From Convolutriloba macropyga (lineage: Eukaryota), in assembly GCF_964194025.1 (NCBI RefSeq), contig NC_134468.1, forward strand, positions 73,904,001 to 73,968,000: 64,000 nt of DNA. The letters are read 5' to 3'. A model generated the notes under the pieces. It was not told where the DNA came from and searched no databases. It worked only from the letters and a program-made list of their open reading frames with translations. Shown piece by piece: positions 38,501 through 50,500 of this stretch. The translations under genes and the position numbers were made by a program. The first letter of the stretch is position 1; each line of letters opens with the position of its first letter.

Positions 38501-41500
38501 TGTTTTTGTTTAAATTTAATTTAATTTTATCAAGTAAGGTTCCTTTTAAAACTAACTGGAGACATTGTGTAGAAAAACAGGGTCAATCAGTAGTGCACAA
38601 AGAGAAAATCGCACTTCGAAGCACTCTATTGTGAAACAAAAAAACCAATAACAAAATTTCATTCTTTCATTAGCTAAATTTGAATTCCTTGAAAATATAT
38701 GCAGGTTGCTCTTGTTCGTGCTAGTGTTGTTAAGAATGGCTTGGTACTTTAGTTGTTTGTATTTCTTTCAACAGAAAAATCATTGAAAACTTTTTTCGCA
38801 TTTCGATTTTTTCAATGATAGATGTTAGCTGTTTATCATAGGTGTCTTTTAAAATCGGGAAATGTTACAAAACGAGCGGAAAAAATGCACTGCATGTCTC
38901 TTTTAAAATTGCATATTTGGATTTTATTGGTAATCCAGCTGTTGATATCACCCTTTTTCTCCCCGTTCCTATTTTCCATTATTAAAAAATAAGTCCAATC
39001 AAATCGTTGATGTTCTCTCCTTTTAAATAGAGCTAAAATGGATTCTATTTTTCTGGAGATGATTGCAAAAATAATCAGTTCCCATATTAAAATTCGAATT
39101 CCAAACTGGTAGTGCAGTACTTTAATTCACACTATAGTTTTCTTTTGAGAAGTTTTATGAAAATTTAACTTTTAGCGGGATTTTTTTAAAAGATATAATA
39201 AAATGGCTACAGTTAAATAGTTCGTTTTCTTCAGAAACAAGTACAGTATTCAAACATATTTATCTGAAAGAAATGCAAAAAGGACTTCGGGGATCATTTA
39301 ATTTTGGACATCTAAGCATCTGCTGTGAAAATGGAAAATTTCAAATGTAAACCTCATTTTTTCGTCGAGAACTGGAAAAAATTGGAAATGTCTCCTCGAT
39401 GACCAATTCAGTTTTTCAAGGTCTTTTCAATGATTCCTTTTGTTGATCTGCGGAACAGATTTCGATCGGTCAACAAAACCAAACAAGAAAGCCAGATAGA
39501 ATAATTTCCCCCAAATGAAATTGCGATTTTAACATTTATTGTTCCGACCCACTTTAGTAGGGGAGGAACTATATACTCAAACGTTTTTTTGTTGTTCAGA
39601 CAATTTTCGCCGATCGATATATTCATCGTAGAGGGTTGTGAGTGGTATCATTAGAAAGCTGTCCAGCGTAGACTGTAGAATTAAAAAGATTTTTTAATTT
39701 TCGTTTTTTAAAGAGAGTTACAGTGGTTTAAAAATTTGAGAATAGTAGGCGGAAATCCATTGTCTTATTTACATTTTCACTATTTTTGACAAAAATTTTT
39801 GTCAATTATGCTAAAATTTGTGAAAATTGTTATTAGCAATGTCACTGAATTCAGTAAAAATATGACTAAAGGTTTCCTGAATTTCGTTTTTTTCCACACA
39901 GTTATCGTGGTTTAAAGTTTTGCGAACGTTTGACTGATTTTCGTTGTTGCTTTTCACCTTTCCGTATTTTTATGCAATTGTTTTTGCCAATTTTGCTTAA
40001 AAAATTTAAGATTGGTAAAAATAGTGTTGTTCGTTTTACCTCTAAAAACATTGGCGTTTTTCAACCGTTTAGTTCAAGTTGTTGGCAAATAATCCATATC
40101 CATAATATTTGGAACAATAAAGTGTTTCCAATAGACGAACGGCAACAGCCAAGCTAGTTTTAGTGTGATCGTTGTTTCCTAAATTCGAAAGAATTGATTG
40201 TAATCAGTCGACGTTTTTTTAAATATATTCGCTTTTCCCCATTTTCGTTAATTACGAAAACTTATACCAAAACGAACGAAAGACAAACTAACTGGTTTCC
40301 TTCTTAGGGGGTCTCAGGGAAACCTATTTCGCCTTTTAGTAGAAAGCTTACGGTCGTTTTGACTTTTAAAAATCCACCTTTTGAAATGAACAATGATTTA
40401 TTGAGCTTTGCGACTTCCTTCTCTTTTTGTAGCCAACTTCTTGCTTTAAGGTCAGAAAACACAGATGATATGATTTCCTAATTGATTAATAATATAATAC
40501 TTACTGCGATTTTACGTTATAAGTGATCATTGCTTTGATACTACAAATTTTCGTAAAAATTTACATTTTTTGGCTATTTTCCCATCATTCGGGTTCTTTT
40601 TACGTTCTTGTCACATTATTGACATTTCAGGTGTCACGTTCTGGGCATTTTAAAGAAAAACTTTTCTTCTGATCGGTTGTTCCACGAACAGATTTTTGTT
40701 TTAACTGCTTCGACTCTGTCTTCTAGAAGAATATAACAGATTTTTTGGTTTTCGGTTGCTATTTGCCAATCTTTTTGTAGTCCTTTGACAAATTCTAGAT
40801 AATTGCAGATGTTAGCTTCTTCCTATGGTTGAAAAAAGGAGCCTGTTTGCTGATTATACTTAATTGCTAAAGTTTTTCATGACTTTGAAATCAAATGTTT
40901 GAAAAAAAGTTTACAGATGTTTTTTTTAATTCACATTTTGCTGTTTTATTGCCAAATTGTTACCGACTCTCAATTAATACAGGCTGCTAATAAAAATTAT
41001 TGATGATGAAGAAATGCAAAATTCAACATGTGGCATTTTTTGATGCATCGCTTATTGTTTCAACGGCCTCGATACAGGTTTTGCAAAAGAGTATGTTGTT
41101 TTTTGAGTTTCGTTTGTGTTTGGAGTTCTTCGTGAAGTCGAATGAGAAACACTGCATAGTTGCAGGTCATAGCGGCTTACTCTGAAAGAACTGTTTTTTG
41201 AATCATTTGATAGCTAAAGATTTTCATGAATTTGGAATCCAAATGTTTAAGAAGATATAAAAAGATGTATTTTTTTAAAATTTGGAATTGGTTGTATTTT
41301 GACTACATGTTGTCTAGTCTCCTTAACTACAACTTGCAATCGAATTATTGGTTGAAGAAAACACAATTGAGCAAATCTCAGGTTTTTTATGCAGTGCTCA
41401 TTGTTTTACGCCTTCAATACCAGTTTTTTGCAAAATATTTTTTGGTTTTTGTCTATTTTTTGTTATTTCTGTAGATGTATGACGTATTAAGATTAACGGC

Positions 41501-44500
41501 AGTTCCCAATGCTTTTTTAAGAAATAAACAACTCTCTTCAGTGATTTCGTTCCTATCTAATTCTTTGATGACTTTGAAATTAACAGTTTTCAAAAAATTA
41601 TTGAGATAAATGTAGTTTTAAACTTTTTTTTTAAAACTTACTACCCACTCTCATTACTCAGCGGTCACATATCTCTCATTTCATTTGGGTTATAAAGAAT
41701 ATGCAGTTGACTGTATTCTATATTTTACTGATTATATGGTTTTAAGGGCTTCCTCGTCGTTTTATTGCAAAATTTAACAGAATTTTTTTTATTTTTCATC
41801 TAACCTTTTTATTGATATTTGTAGACATGCGACATATTCTAGAAACTGACAGGTCTCAGTGACATTTTTTTTGTAAGAATTAAATTAAAGTTGAAGTTAG
41901 GAATTGGTATCCATTGGAATTCATTGAATTATTTGTTTTCGAGAAGTGAAACTTTTTTTGGTAACTTCGTCTTGTTCTTTTTTGTCTGCTTGTTACCGAG
42001 TGTCATGAAAGACTGGTCCCGTGTTTTTTTAGCAAAAACCGAGCTAGTTTTGTTTAAAATATAGGTGTTATTTGAAACGGAAGCTTTCTTTTTTACTTTG
42101 TTGTTAATTAGTTTTTTCTTCAAAAAAATTGAGTTTTGGATATAAATGCTTGCTGTTGTTATTTGATTTTTGTTTGTCTTGTCTTGTAGTCTCATTAATG
42201 GCAATTCGCATTGGCTCACTAACGCGGCATTTTTTACTTTATTAAGTATTTGAATTGGAGGCTTTTTTTATTCATACACCAATTATTGATGATCAATGTG
42301 TGCGAATTTTTGAAAGTTTTTTATCTCTTCTTCATTTGTTCGACAGTTCAGCCAAACTTGTGGATATGCGGGGTCGGAACCTTATGTGCGAACGCACATT
42401 ACGGAGCCTCCTTGTCTAATTTAGTAATTAGACCTCAGAAACTTGACATTAAAAGCTATCTAATTTGGCATTCAGGATTTTCTGTTTATTTTTCAAATGA
42501 TAGATTACTTCTTTGTTTTATGGTTCTTTTCTTTATGAGCTCTTTCTCTTTAAAAATCTGAGAAATAGTAGGTTCTGTTCCAATTTTTTTCTGATAGATT
42601 GTTGGTAATTTTTTGCTCAATGTTTTCTGCCAAGTTATGTCAGTTGCAACTTCATAGTTCTTGGAAAGTAAAACGCAAAGATTTGGACAAATTGAGCTGA
42701 CTGGGAATTTTTTTCATTTTTTGCTTTTCTAAGAATTTTACTCATCATTGTTAAAAAGGTAGACTTTCTGGTTTCAGTTTTTAAGGATATGAACTTATTT
42801 TCGCCCAATAATTAATCAGGAAACTTGTTGCCGAGTTTCATGAAAGACTGATCCCTTGCTTTTTTGCAAAAACCAAGCTAGTTTGTTTAAAATATAGGTT
42901 TTATTTGAAACTTTAGCTTTCTTTTTTTTTACTTTATTATTAATTAGTTTTTTTCTTCAAAAAAATTGAGTTTTGGATATAAATGCTTGCTGTTGTTATT
43001 TGATTTTTTTGTCTTGTCTCGTAGTCTTTTAATGGCATTTTTCATTTGCTCACTAACGCGGCATTTTTTACTTTATTAAGTATTGGAGGCATTTTTTATT
43101 CATACGCCAATTATTGTTGATCAATATATGCAAATTTTTGAAAGTTTTTTTACTCTTCCTCATTTATTCGACAGTTCAGCCAAACTTGTGGATATGCGGG
43201 GTCGGAACCTTATGTGCGGGCGCACATTACGGAGCCTCGTTGTCTAATTTAGTAATTAGACCTCAGAAACTTAACAATAAAAGTATCTAATTAGGCATTC
43301 AGGATTTTCGGTTTATTTTTCAAATGGTAATGATTACTTCTTTCTTTTATGTTTGTTATCTTTATGAGCTCTTTCTCTTTAAAATCTGAGAAATAGTAAA
43401 TTCTGTTCCATTTTTTTCTAATTGATTGTTGGAAATTTTCTGCTCAATTTTTGCTGACAAGTTATGTCAGTTGCAACTTCATAGTTCTTGGATAGTGAAA
43501 CACAAAGATTTCGACAAATTGAGCTGACTGTGTTTTTTTCTTTCTCATTTTTTGCTTTTCGCAAACAGGCTAGTTTTAATTGTGGATCCTGTGAGAGGGA
43601 ACTTGAATTAAACGTTTGCCGGTTATTTGCTAATTTAACTCTTAAATTAAGCAACATGCATCATTTATGTTTTATATTTTTGTCAAATAATCCATATCCA
43701 TCATTTTTCTGCTTTGATACTACAAATTTTTGTAAACTTTACAATTTTTGCACATTTTCCCATCATTCGGGTTATTTTTACGTTCTTGTCACATTATTGA
43801 CATTTCAGGTGCCACATTCTGGGCATTTTAAAGAAAAACAATTTTGAACTGATCGGTTGTTCCACGAACAGATTATTGTTTTTAACTGCTTCGACTCTGT
43901 CTTCTAAAAGATTTTAAAAGATTTTTTTTTGTTTTTCGGTCGCTATTTGCCAATCTTTTTGTAGTCCTTTGAAAAATTCTAGATAATTGCAGATGTTCGC
44001 GTCTTCCTATGGTTGAACAGAGGAACCTGTTTGCTGATTATACTTAATTGCTAAAGTTTTTCATGACTTTCAAATCAAACGTTCGAAAAAAAGTATATAG
44101 ATGTTTTTTTACTTTCACATTTTGCTCTTTTTTTGCCAACTTGTTACCGACTCTCAATTAATACAGGCTGCTAATTAAAATTATTGATGACGACGAAAGG
44201 CAAAATTCTACATGTGGCATTTTTTATTCATCGCTTTTTGTTTCTACGGCCGCAATACAGGTTTTCCAAAAGAGTAAGTTGTTTTTTGAGTTTCGTTTAT
44301 GTTTGGAGTTCATCGTGAAGTCGAATGAGAAACACTGCATGATTGTAGGTCATAGGGTCTTGCTCTGAAAGAACTGTTTGTTGAATCAATTGATAGCTAA
44401 TGTTTTTCATGAATATGGAATCAAATGTTTTAGAAGATATAAAAAGATGTATTTTTTAAATTTGGATTTGAATGTTTTTTAACTACATGTTATCTAGTCT

Positions 44501-46334
44501 CCTTAACTACAACTTGCAGATCCAATTATTGGTTTAAGAAAACACAAATGAGCAATTCTATGGTTTATGATGCAGTGCTGATTGTTTTACGCCTTGAATA
44601 CTAGTTTTTGCAAAATATTTAGTTTTTGATTTTTGTCTACTTATCGTTATTTTTGTAGATGTATGACGTATTAAGATTAATGGCGGTTCGCAATACGTTT
44701 TAAGGAAATAAGCAACTCTGTTCAGTGATTTTGTTCCTGTCTAATTATTAACAGCTTTCGAAAATTTATATAAATTTATTTTTAAACTTCGCCTTTTTTC
44801 TTATTTTAAAACTTGTTACCCACTCTCATTATTCAGCGGTCACAAATCTCACAATTGGGTTCTATAGAAGACGCAGTTGACTATATTCTAATTTTTACTG
44901 TTTATATGGTTTTAACGGCTTCCTTGCCGTTTTATTGCAAAATTTAACAGAATTTTTTTCATTTTTCATCTAACCTTTTTGTTGATATTTGTAGACATGC
45001 GACATATTCTAGAAACTGACAGGTCTCAACGACCTTTTTTTAGTAAGAACGAAAATAAAATTGAAGTTTAGAATTGGTATCCAATGGATTTCATTGAATT
45101 ATTTGTTTTCGAGAAGTTGAACTTTTTTTGCTAACTTCGTCTTGTTCTTTTTTGTCTGCTTGTTACCGAGTGTCATGAAAGACTGGTCCCGTGTTTTTTT
45201 AGCAAAAACCAAGCTAGTTTGTTTAAAATATAGGTATTATTTGAAACTGAAGCTTTCTTTTTTACTTTGTTGTTAATTAGTTTTTTCTTCAAAAAAAAAA
45301 TTGAGTTTTGGATGTAAATGCTTACTGTTTTTATTTGATTTTTTATTGTTTATCTTGTCGCGTAGTCTTATTAATGGCATTTTTATTGGCTCACTAACGC
45401 GGCATTTTTTACTTTATTAAGTGTTTGAATTGGAGGCATTTTTTTATTCATACACCAATTATTGTTGATCAATATATGCGAATTTTTGAAAGTTTTCTAT
45501 CTCTTCCTCATTTGTTCGACAGTTCAGCCAAACTTGTGGATATGCGGGGTCGGAACCGTATGTGCGAACGCACAATACGGAGCCTCCTTGTCTAATTTGG
45601 TATTTAGACCTCAGAAACTTAACATTAAAAGCTATCTAATTTGGCATTCAGGTTTTTTCTGTTTATTTTGCAAATGATAGATTACTTCTTTCTTTTATGT
45701 TTGCTTTCTTTATGAGCTCTTTCTCTTTAAAAATCTGAGAAATAGTAGGTTCTGTTCCAATTTTTTTTCTAATTGATTGTTGGAAATTTTCTGCTCAATG
45801 TTTTCTGCCAAGTTATGTCAGTTGCAACTTCATAGTTCTTGGAAAGTAAAACGCAAAGGTTTGGACAAATTGAGCTGACTGGGTATTTTTTTCTTTCTCA
45901 TTTTTTGCTTTTCTAAGAATTTTACTTATCATTGTTAAAAAGATTAATTTTTTCTGGTTTCATTTTTTAAGGATATGAACTTATTTTTGTCCAATAATTA
46001 ATCAAATTTTGCAGACAACTCAAAACCAGAGATTACTCAGGATTTGCACAAGCTCATACTATGCCTCTATTTTATTTGTTTAGCTGTTGTTTTGTTGAAG
46101 TAAATTGTTATGGCGATTGCGTCCTTATCACAATCAACTTTGATATGACGATAAGAAATAACGTTTTATATAATACTGTTTCAGGAAGATGCAACCATCG
46201 GTGCTTTCATGATTTGCGACCTTTGCTCAATGATGGAGGCGTCGGAGGACCTGGACTGCGACATAGAGAACATCTTACAAGCCTTTGAAACCAAGTCTAG
46301 AAGAAGTGTGCTACATGATATTTTATTCGCTTAG
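29443..46334 (+). CDS. SSU72: RNA polymerase II CTD phosphatase SSU72; exons 29443-29883 and 46185-46334 (196 aa)
   Basis: Catalytic CX5R motif VCSSNQNRSMEAH, plus KLPGP, QNGILHMLDRNRRIK and TCEER. A phase-0 intron (CAG|gtacc…tttcag|GAA) joins the conserved C-terminus EDATIGAFMICDLC…LHDILFA*. Confidence 0.95.
30664..33082 (+). mobile_element. HINE family B composite (two starts, ~30664 and ~32653) with internal ~160-bp tandem subrepeats and (CT)n
   Basis: Same 5' inverted repeat and core. 3' AGAGCAATT + CCGACgttaGTCGG hairpin at 33052-33077. (CT)n at ~32495-32527. Confidence 0.75.
33855..34265. repeat. Direct tandem duplication, ~205-bp unit x2
   Basis: aggtcattaggccattca…tgacttctctaggcta occurs at ~33860 and ~34064. 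Confidence 0.9.
37153..38058 (+). mobile_element. HINE family C, complete copy
   Basis: 5' AATAGCCGCC…CGGCTATT. 3' GGCGGCT + CCGGCAATCTGCCGG hairpin + T-rich run. The core is shared with family A. Confidence 0.75.
40530..46005. repeat. Tandem segmental duplication in the SSU72 intron (offset ~3.18 kb; an ~0.73 kb part is present three times)
   Basis: 40530-42818 matches 43710-46004. 'cgacagttcagccaaacttgtggatatgcggggtcggaacc' occurs at 42341, 43169 and 45517. Confidence 0.9.
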
Positions 46335-46841
46335 CTCAAACCGTGATCCAAGTTAAGCTTTCTCCCCATATGCTGTTTGTTTATAATGTAAATTATAATT
46401 TGTGTCAGAGACATGTGCTGGTTTATACTCTTAAAAGCGGCTTAAAGTTTTCATTGCTCTTTGAGGTTGCTGAACTGGAGATGGACATATATGGGCTTCG
46501 TTAATCAAGTAAACTTTTTAAGCTAATAGATTACCGAAGTTGTGAACTTAATTTGTAATTGTGGTAGCACTGAACTGAATTTATTTTTTCAAGATATACG
46601 ATTTTAAGTCGAGTGTATTTAAATGTTTTAACTTGCTCAAACTGGTCGACCATTGGCAAGTGTTTTTTGCATTCACTTCTTTAAAAACTGATTAGTTGCA
46701 TCGTTACAATCTTCAGATGAATTCAGTTTTTTCAACTTTACGATTGAACTCTTTTTAAATGCTTTCATTTATTTTAAAAGTTAATTGCTATGAATGCACT
46801 TAATTTTCAGTTGAGGTCAGTACTGACCTTTATGAAGCATA

Positions 46842-47156
46842 ATGTCAACACCGTACAGAAGAAATATGGCAAGACTGAGTGCGAAAATATTTAATAATGC
46901 AACGCCGCTGTCAGTGAACTCGGAGACTGTTCAGAGAATGACAGAGCAGTTGACAGTGAAGCCATACGAGTTGGACAAGAAGTTCATTAACTACTACCCT
47001 CCGTTCAAAGAGATGACACTTCTGACCAGATATCTGCGCATTTTGGGACTCTACAGAGATGAGCATTTAGATTTCAAGGAGGAAATTATCAGATCGCAAG
47101 CGGCAAGGGGAAAAGTGAAGCCTAAGAAAGGAGAGGGCAAAGGGAAGAAAGCTTGA
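46842..47156 (+). CDS. MRPS33: Mitochondrial small ribosomal subunit protein mS33 (104 aa, intronless CDS)
   Basis: Motifs MARLSAKIF, YYPP, LRILGLYRDEHLDFKEE and RGKVKPKKGEGK are typical of mS33. AATAAA at 47255-47260. Confidence 0.92.
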   Translation: MSTPYRRNMARLSAKIFNNATPLSVNSETVQRMTEQLTVKPYELDKKFINYYPPFKEMTLLTRYLRILGLYRDEHLDFKEEIIRSQAARGKVKPKKGEGKGKKA

Positions 47157-47501
47157 CATCTTTTAAAACTTTTTTCTGATTAAAACAAATGATTTGTATT
47201 ATTTTAACTTGAAGTTAACCTCTTGGCGATCAAATTTTATGAAAACTTTTCTCTAATAAATACATAATGGTATAAATGTTAGCCGTTATGACCTAGGTCA
47301 TTATCACTGCGTATGGCATTGTTTGATAGTTGAGACTGAAATCGGTTTGTCCTCTTTGTAAATCTGAACGCTGTGTGACCGTGCAATCTGGCTTGCTATT
47401 TGATTCCCCGTGTGAAACAAGTTGGTTTGTAATTCAGAAAGCATTGCTATCTATGTGAAATCAGTATTTCAAAATTTGTGTACAATTTTCAGTTTATTGT
47501 T

Positions 47502-50500
47502 ATGGAACCTACGCCTACTGCCAGGGAATTGAGGCAGACGTCAAACCTCATGTACGGCTGCTTTGCGGCCACTGAAGTGTTAGGCCTTGTAGCTGTAGTT
47601 CTGGTGGTCTACTGGGGTGCCAAAGAGCTAGGTGGATTCGCGTGGGATGGCACTGGTCTGCAGTTCAACTGGCACCCTGTGCTGATGGTGATAGCATTCG
47701 GATTCTTGATGGGCAATTCGATAGTCATCTATAGAGTGCTCTATTTCGTAAGTTCTTTTCACAGTATTTTTCGTAGTATGTTTCGATAGGATGCTGGAAG
47801 AAAAACATTAAATATCTCAGCGCAAATTCAACATTTTTCGACTCTGATCCCGCAGCAAGCAGTCATGTTGACATACGTCAATAATTAAAATTCTGCATTA
47901 AAATTAAATTTTGCACATGCGATTTCATCAATTTTTTGTGGCAAAATAGAGGTCAGTGTTTGCTGAAATGCTCTTGTATTGATCATTTCTCAGTTTCTGT
48001 GGACTCATTCGAAGTTCTTAGCAACGGCGTTGTTCTGTAATGCAAATATTAGGGTTAAGTTTATCTTGTATTCATATTTTAAGAAGTAACGATATTTTCC
48101 TGTTCTAGATGGATAAGTTGGTTGTTAAAGTGACTCACACCATTCTGCACGTGGCGAGTCTCATTCTGATCATCTTAGCTCTCTACGCTGTTATCAACAA
48201 CCACAATGAGTCGAACATTGCCAACATGTATTCTCTCCACAGTTGGATTGGCATCACAACCTGTGCTCTCTTCTTCTTTCAATTTTCCCTCGGTTTCGCC
48301 GCATACGCATTTCCTCAGGTTAGATTGAACAGCAATCCGTTTTTGCAAAAAAAAAATTTGAAAAAGAAGGAATTCATTTTTCTTCTATCATTTCATAAAA
48401 TATTCGCCATTGTTAGTTGACATCGCCATCCATACCTTTACAAAACCAATTATCAAGGGGAATGTGGACAAGGTCTTAAATATCACAAAATAGTTTTCGT
48501 GCAAAATATGCCAATCAATTTGAAAGAGCCATTTCGAATTTCTTTTGTTTATTTTTTTGAGTATGGGCCTAGAGGGGTGGTCTTGGATCACAGAAGAAGT
48601 TGACAATAAGTAGAAGGTATCAAAATTTTATAAACTCCATAGACACTTTCAGGATGGATTTCGAAAAATGCCTTATGTTAGCTCTTGCACCATAAAAAAT
48701 CCTGTGATTACAAAAGATTAAGGAGGCAACATGTTATTTAAAATGCATAAACGATAGGTTAAAATTCACATATTCACAACTAATCACCAGTAAGTATCCA
48801 TTCAATTTTAGAGAGGCACTTTTTGCTGGTTCTCTGTGCTTTTTGTAAACAGATTTAAATATTTGCGTTGTTCTTAGATTGTGCTCTATGTTAAGCAGTT
48901 TGAAACACTCCTAGAACATTTGAATGGTCCCCAAGATCTCATGTCAGCCTTCAATTTCATTAGGATACTTGATGAGATAAACGATTTAGATCGCTGGGCC
49001 GGGTCTTTCATTTGATCTGAAGTGTGCTGACTGGACGGGAATTCTTTATTTTTTAATTTATCGATTTATGTGTTATCTTTTTGGCTGTTAATGTTTGTAG
49101 CAATTTTTCAAATGAAGGAATAGTGACAACACGATTGATCTATAAACGCTATTTCAAACTGTACAAGCTCATTCTGTACAAGATTCGAATATCAAATAAC
49201 TGCGGCCTTTTTGAATAAGAATGTGTGTTCTCGTGAATATCAAATGTTTATATTTTAATCAATTTAGATTAACGAAAATGCCGGTGGCAGTGAGCAGTGT
49301 TGAGTTTTGTAGTTTTGAGTTTACGAACAATATTGGTTTTTGTTTAGATTTACTGGCTAAATATAGAACTGCTGGATTTGATTTCAGCTTCCGCTGAGTT
49401 TTGTTCAAACACTTTTGTTTCCATTAATTTTTCTTTTTGAAACTTTTTTCCGTGTACCAAATCGGCTAGATAAAAGCGTATTCGAACTGATAAATTTGAA
49501 CCTCTCATTTTAGTGACAACTTTTCAAAAGATTACCTTGGCATGTTTCTCAATGCATTGAGTTCAATTACGGAGAAATTAGTGGAAAATATAATTCCATG
49601 GTGGCGGCGAAATACTGAAATTGCTCGCTATCTCATTTTGAGCTGTTTTAGGTGAGTTGAAGCTAAGCGCCTCTTGATATTAGTAATGCTCCTTTTTTGA
49701 CATACAAAGCTCATATAGCTTAGTGATTATGGTGCCTGACTCTTACGACGTCAGAATTCTTATGTTTCATTGATTAATAGCCGCCGTTGGACTCTCAAAG
49801 GTTATTATTTCGGTGCTCTCCTTTTGCATCTTTTCAAAGAGTTTGAATTGTTCTGGGGTTCTTTCTCTTTTAAGATCTGTTCACACATTTTGTCAATTTT
49901 TGAGTTGTGATTTCGGTCACACCGAAACAGGAATTGGTCGAAACAGGAACAAAGATTTTTTGGTATTGTTTCTAAATGCTTTTCGGAGCCAATCCCTAGT
50001 TGTTTTTAGTTCTAGTTGTTTGTACTCAATGAAAGTTTTTTTTTAGTTCAGGACTTTTAAATTGATTTACCTTTTGATCACGTTTTTCGTTTTACAAAAT
50101 TGGCGACTTTCCTTTCATTTGTGTCTTACCTCATTTACTGTAGTTTCAAATGAATGAAATTTAGAATTCATTCAGTTGATTTATGCCAGTATGTTCAGGG
50201 TCCAAGAGAGAAATAGTATGAAACTAATAAAGACCGGACGCTACGACTTAATGTTTAAGGACTTGGTGCAATATGTTATCAAAACTCCTGAGATTATGCT
50301 GCTAATTGGTATTAGTGTAAGTCTTATTGACCTCCAATATAGAAGCTGAATTTACTGTTTTAATCCTAACTTCGGGTAGTGGGGTCAAAGGCGGCTATTT
50401 TCCATCAATCTGCCGGCTATGTTAATCTATTCTAGCATCGGCTGGATAGATTTTCAAAACTTGCCAAACGTTTGTGTCGCAGACATGGGACCAAAGTTTG

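Noticed and set aside
42250-42561. Repeated ~100-aa ORFs in the SSU72 intron
   Set aside because: They are part of the triplicated segment, frames are not preserved among copies, and there is no domain or splice support.
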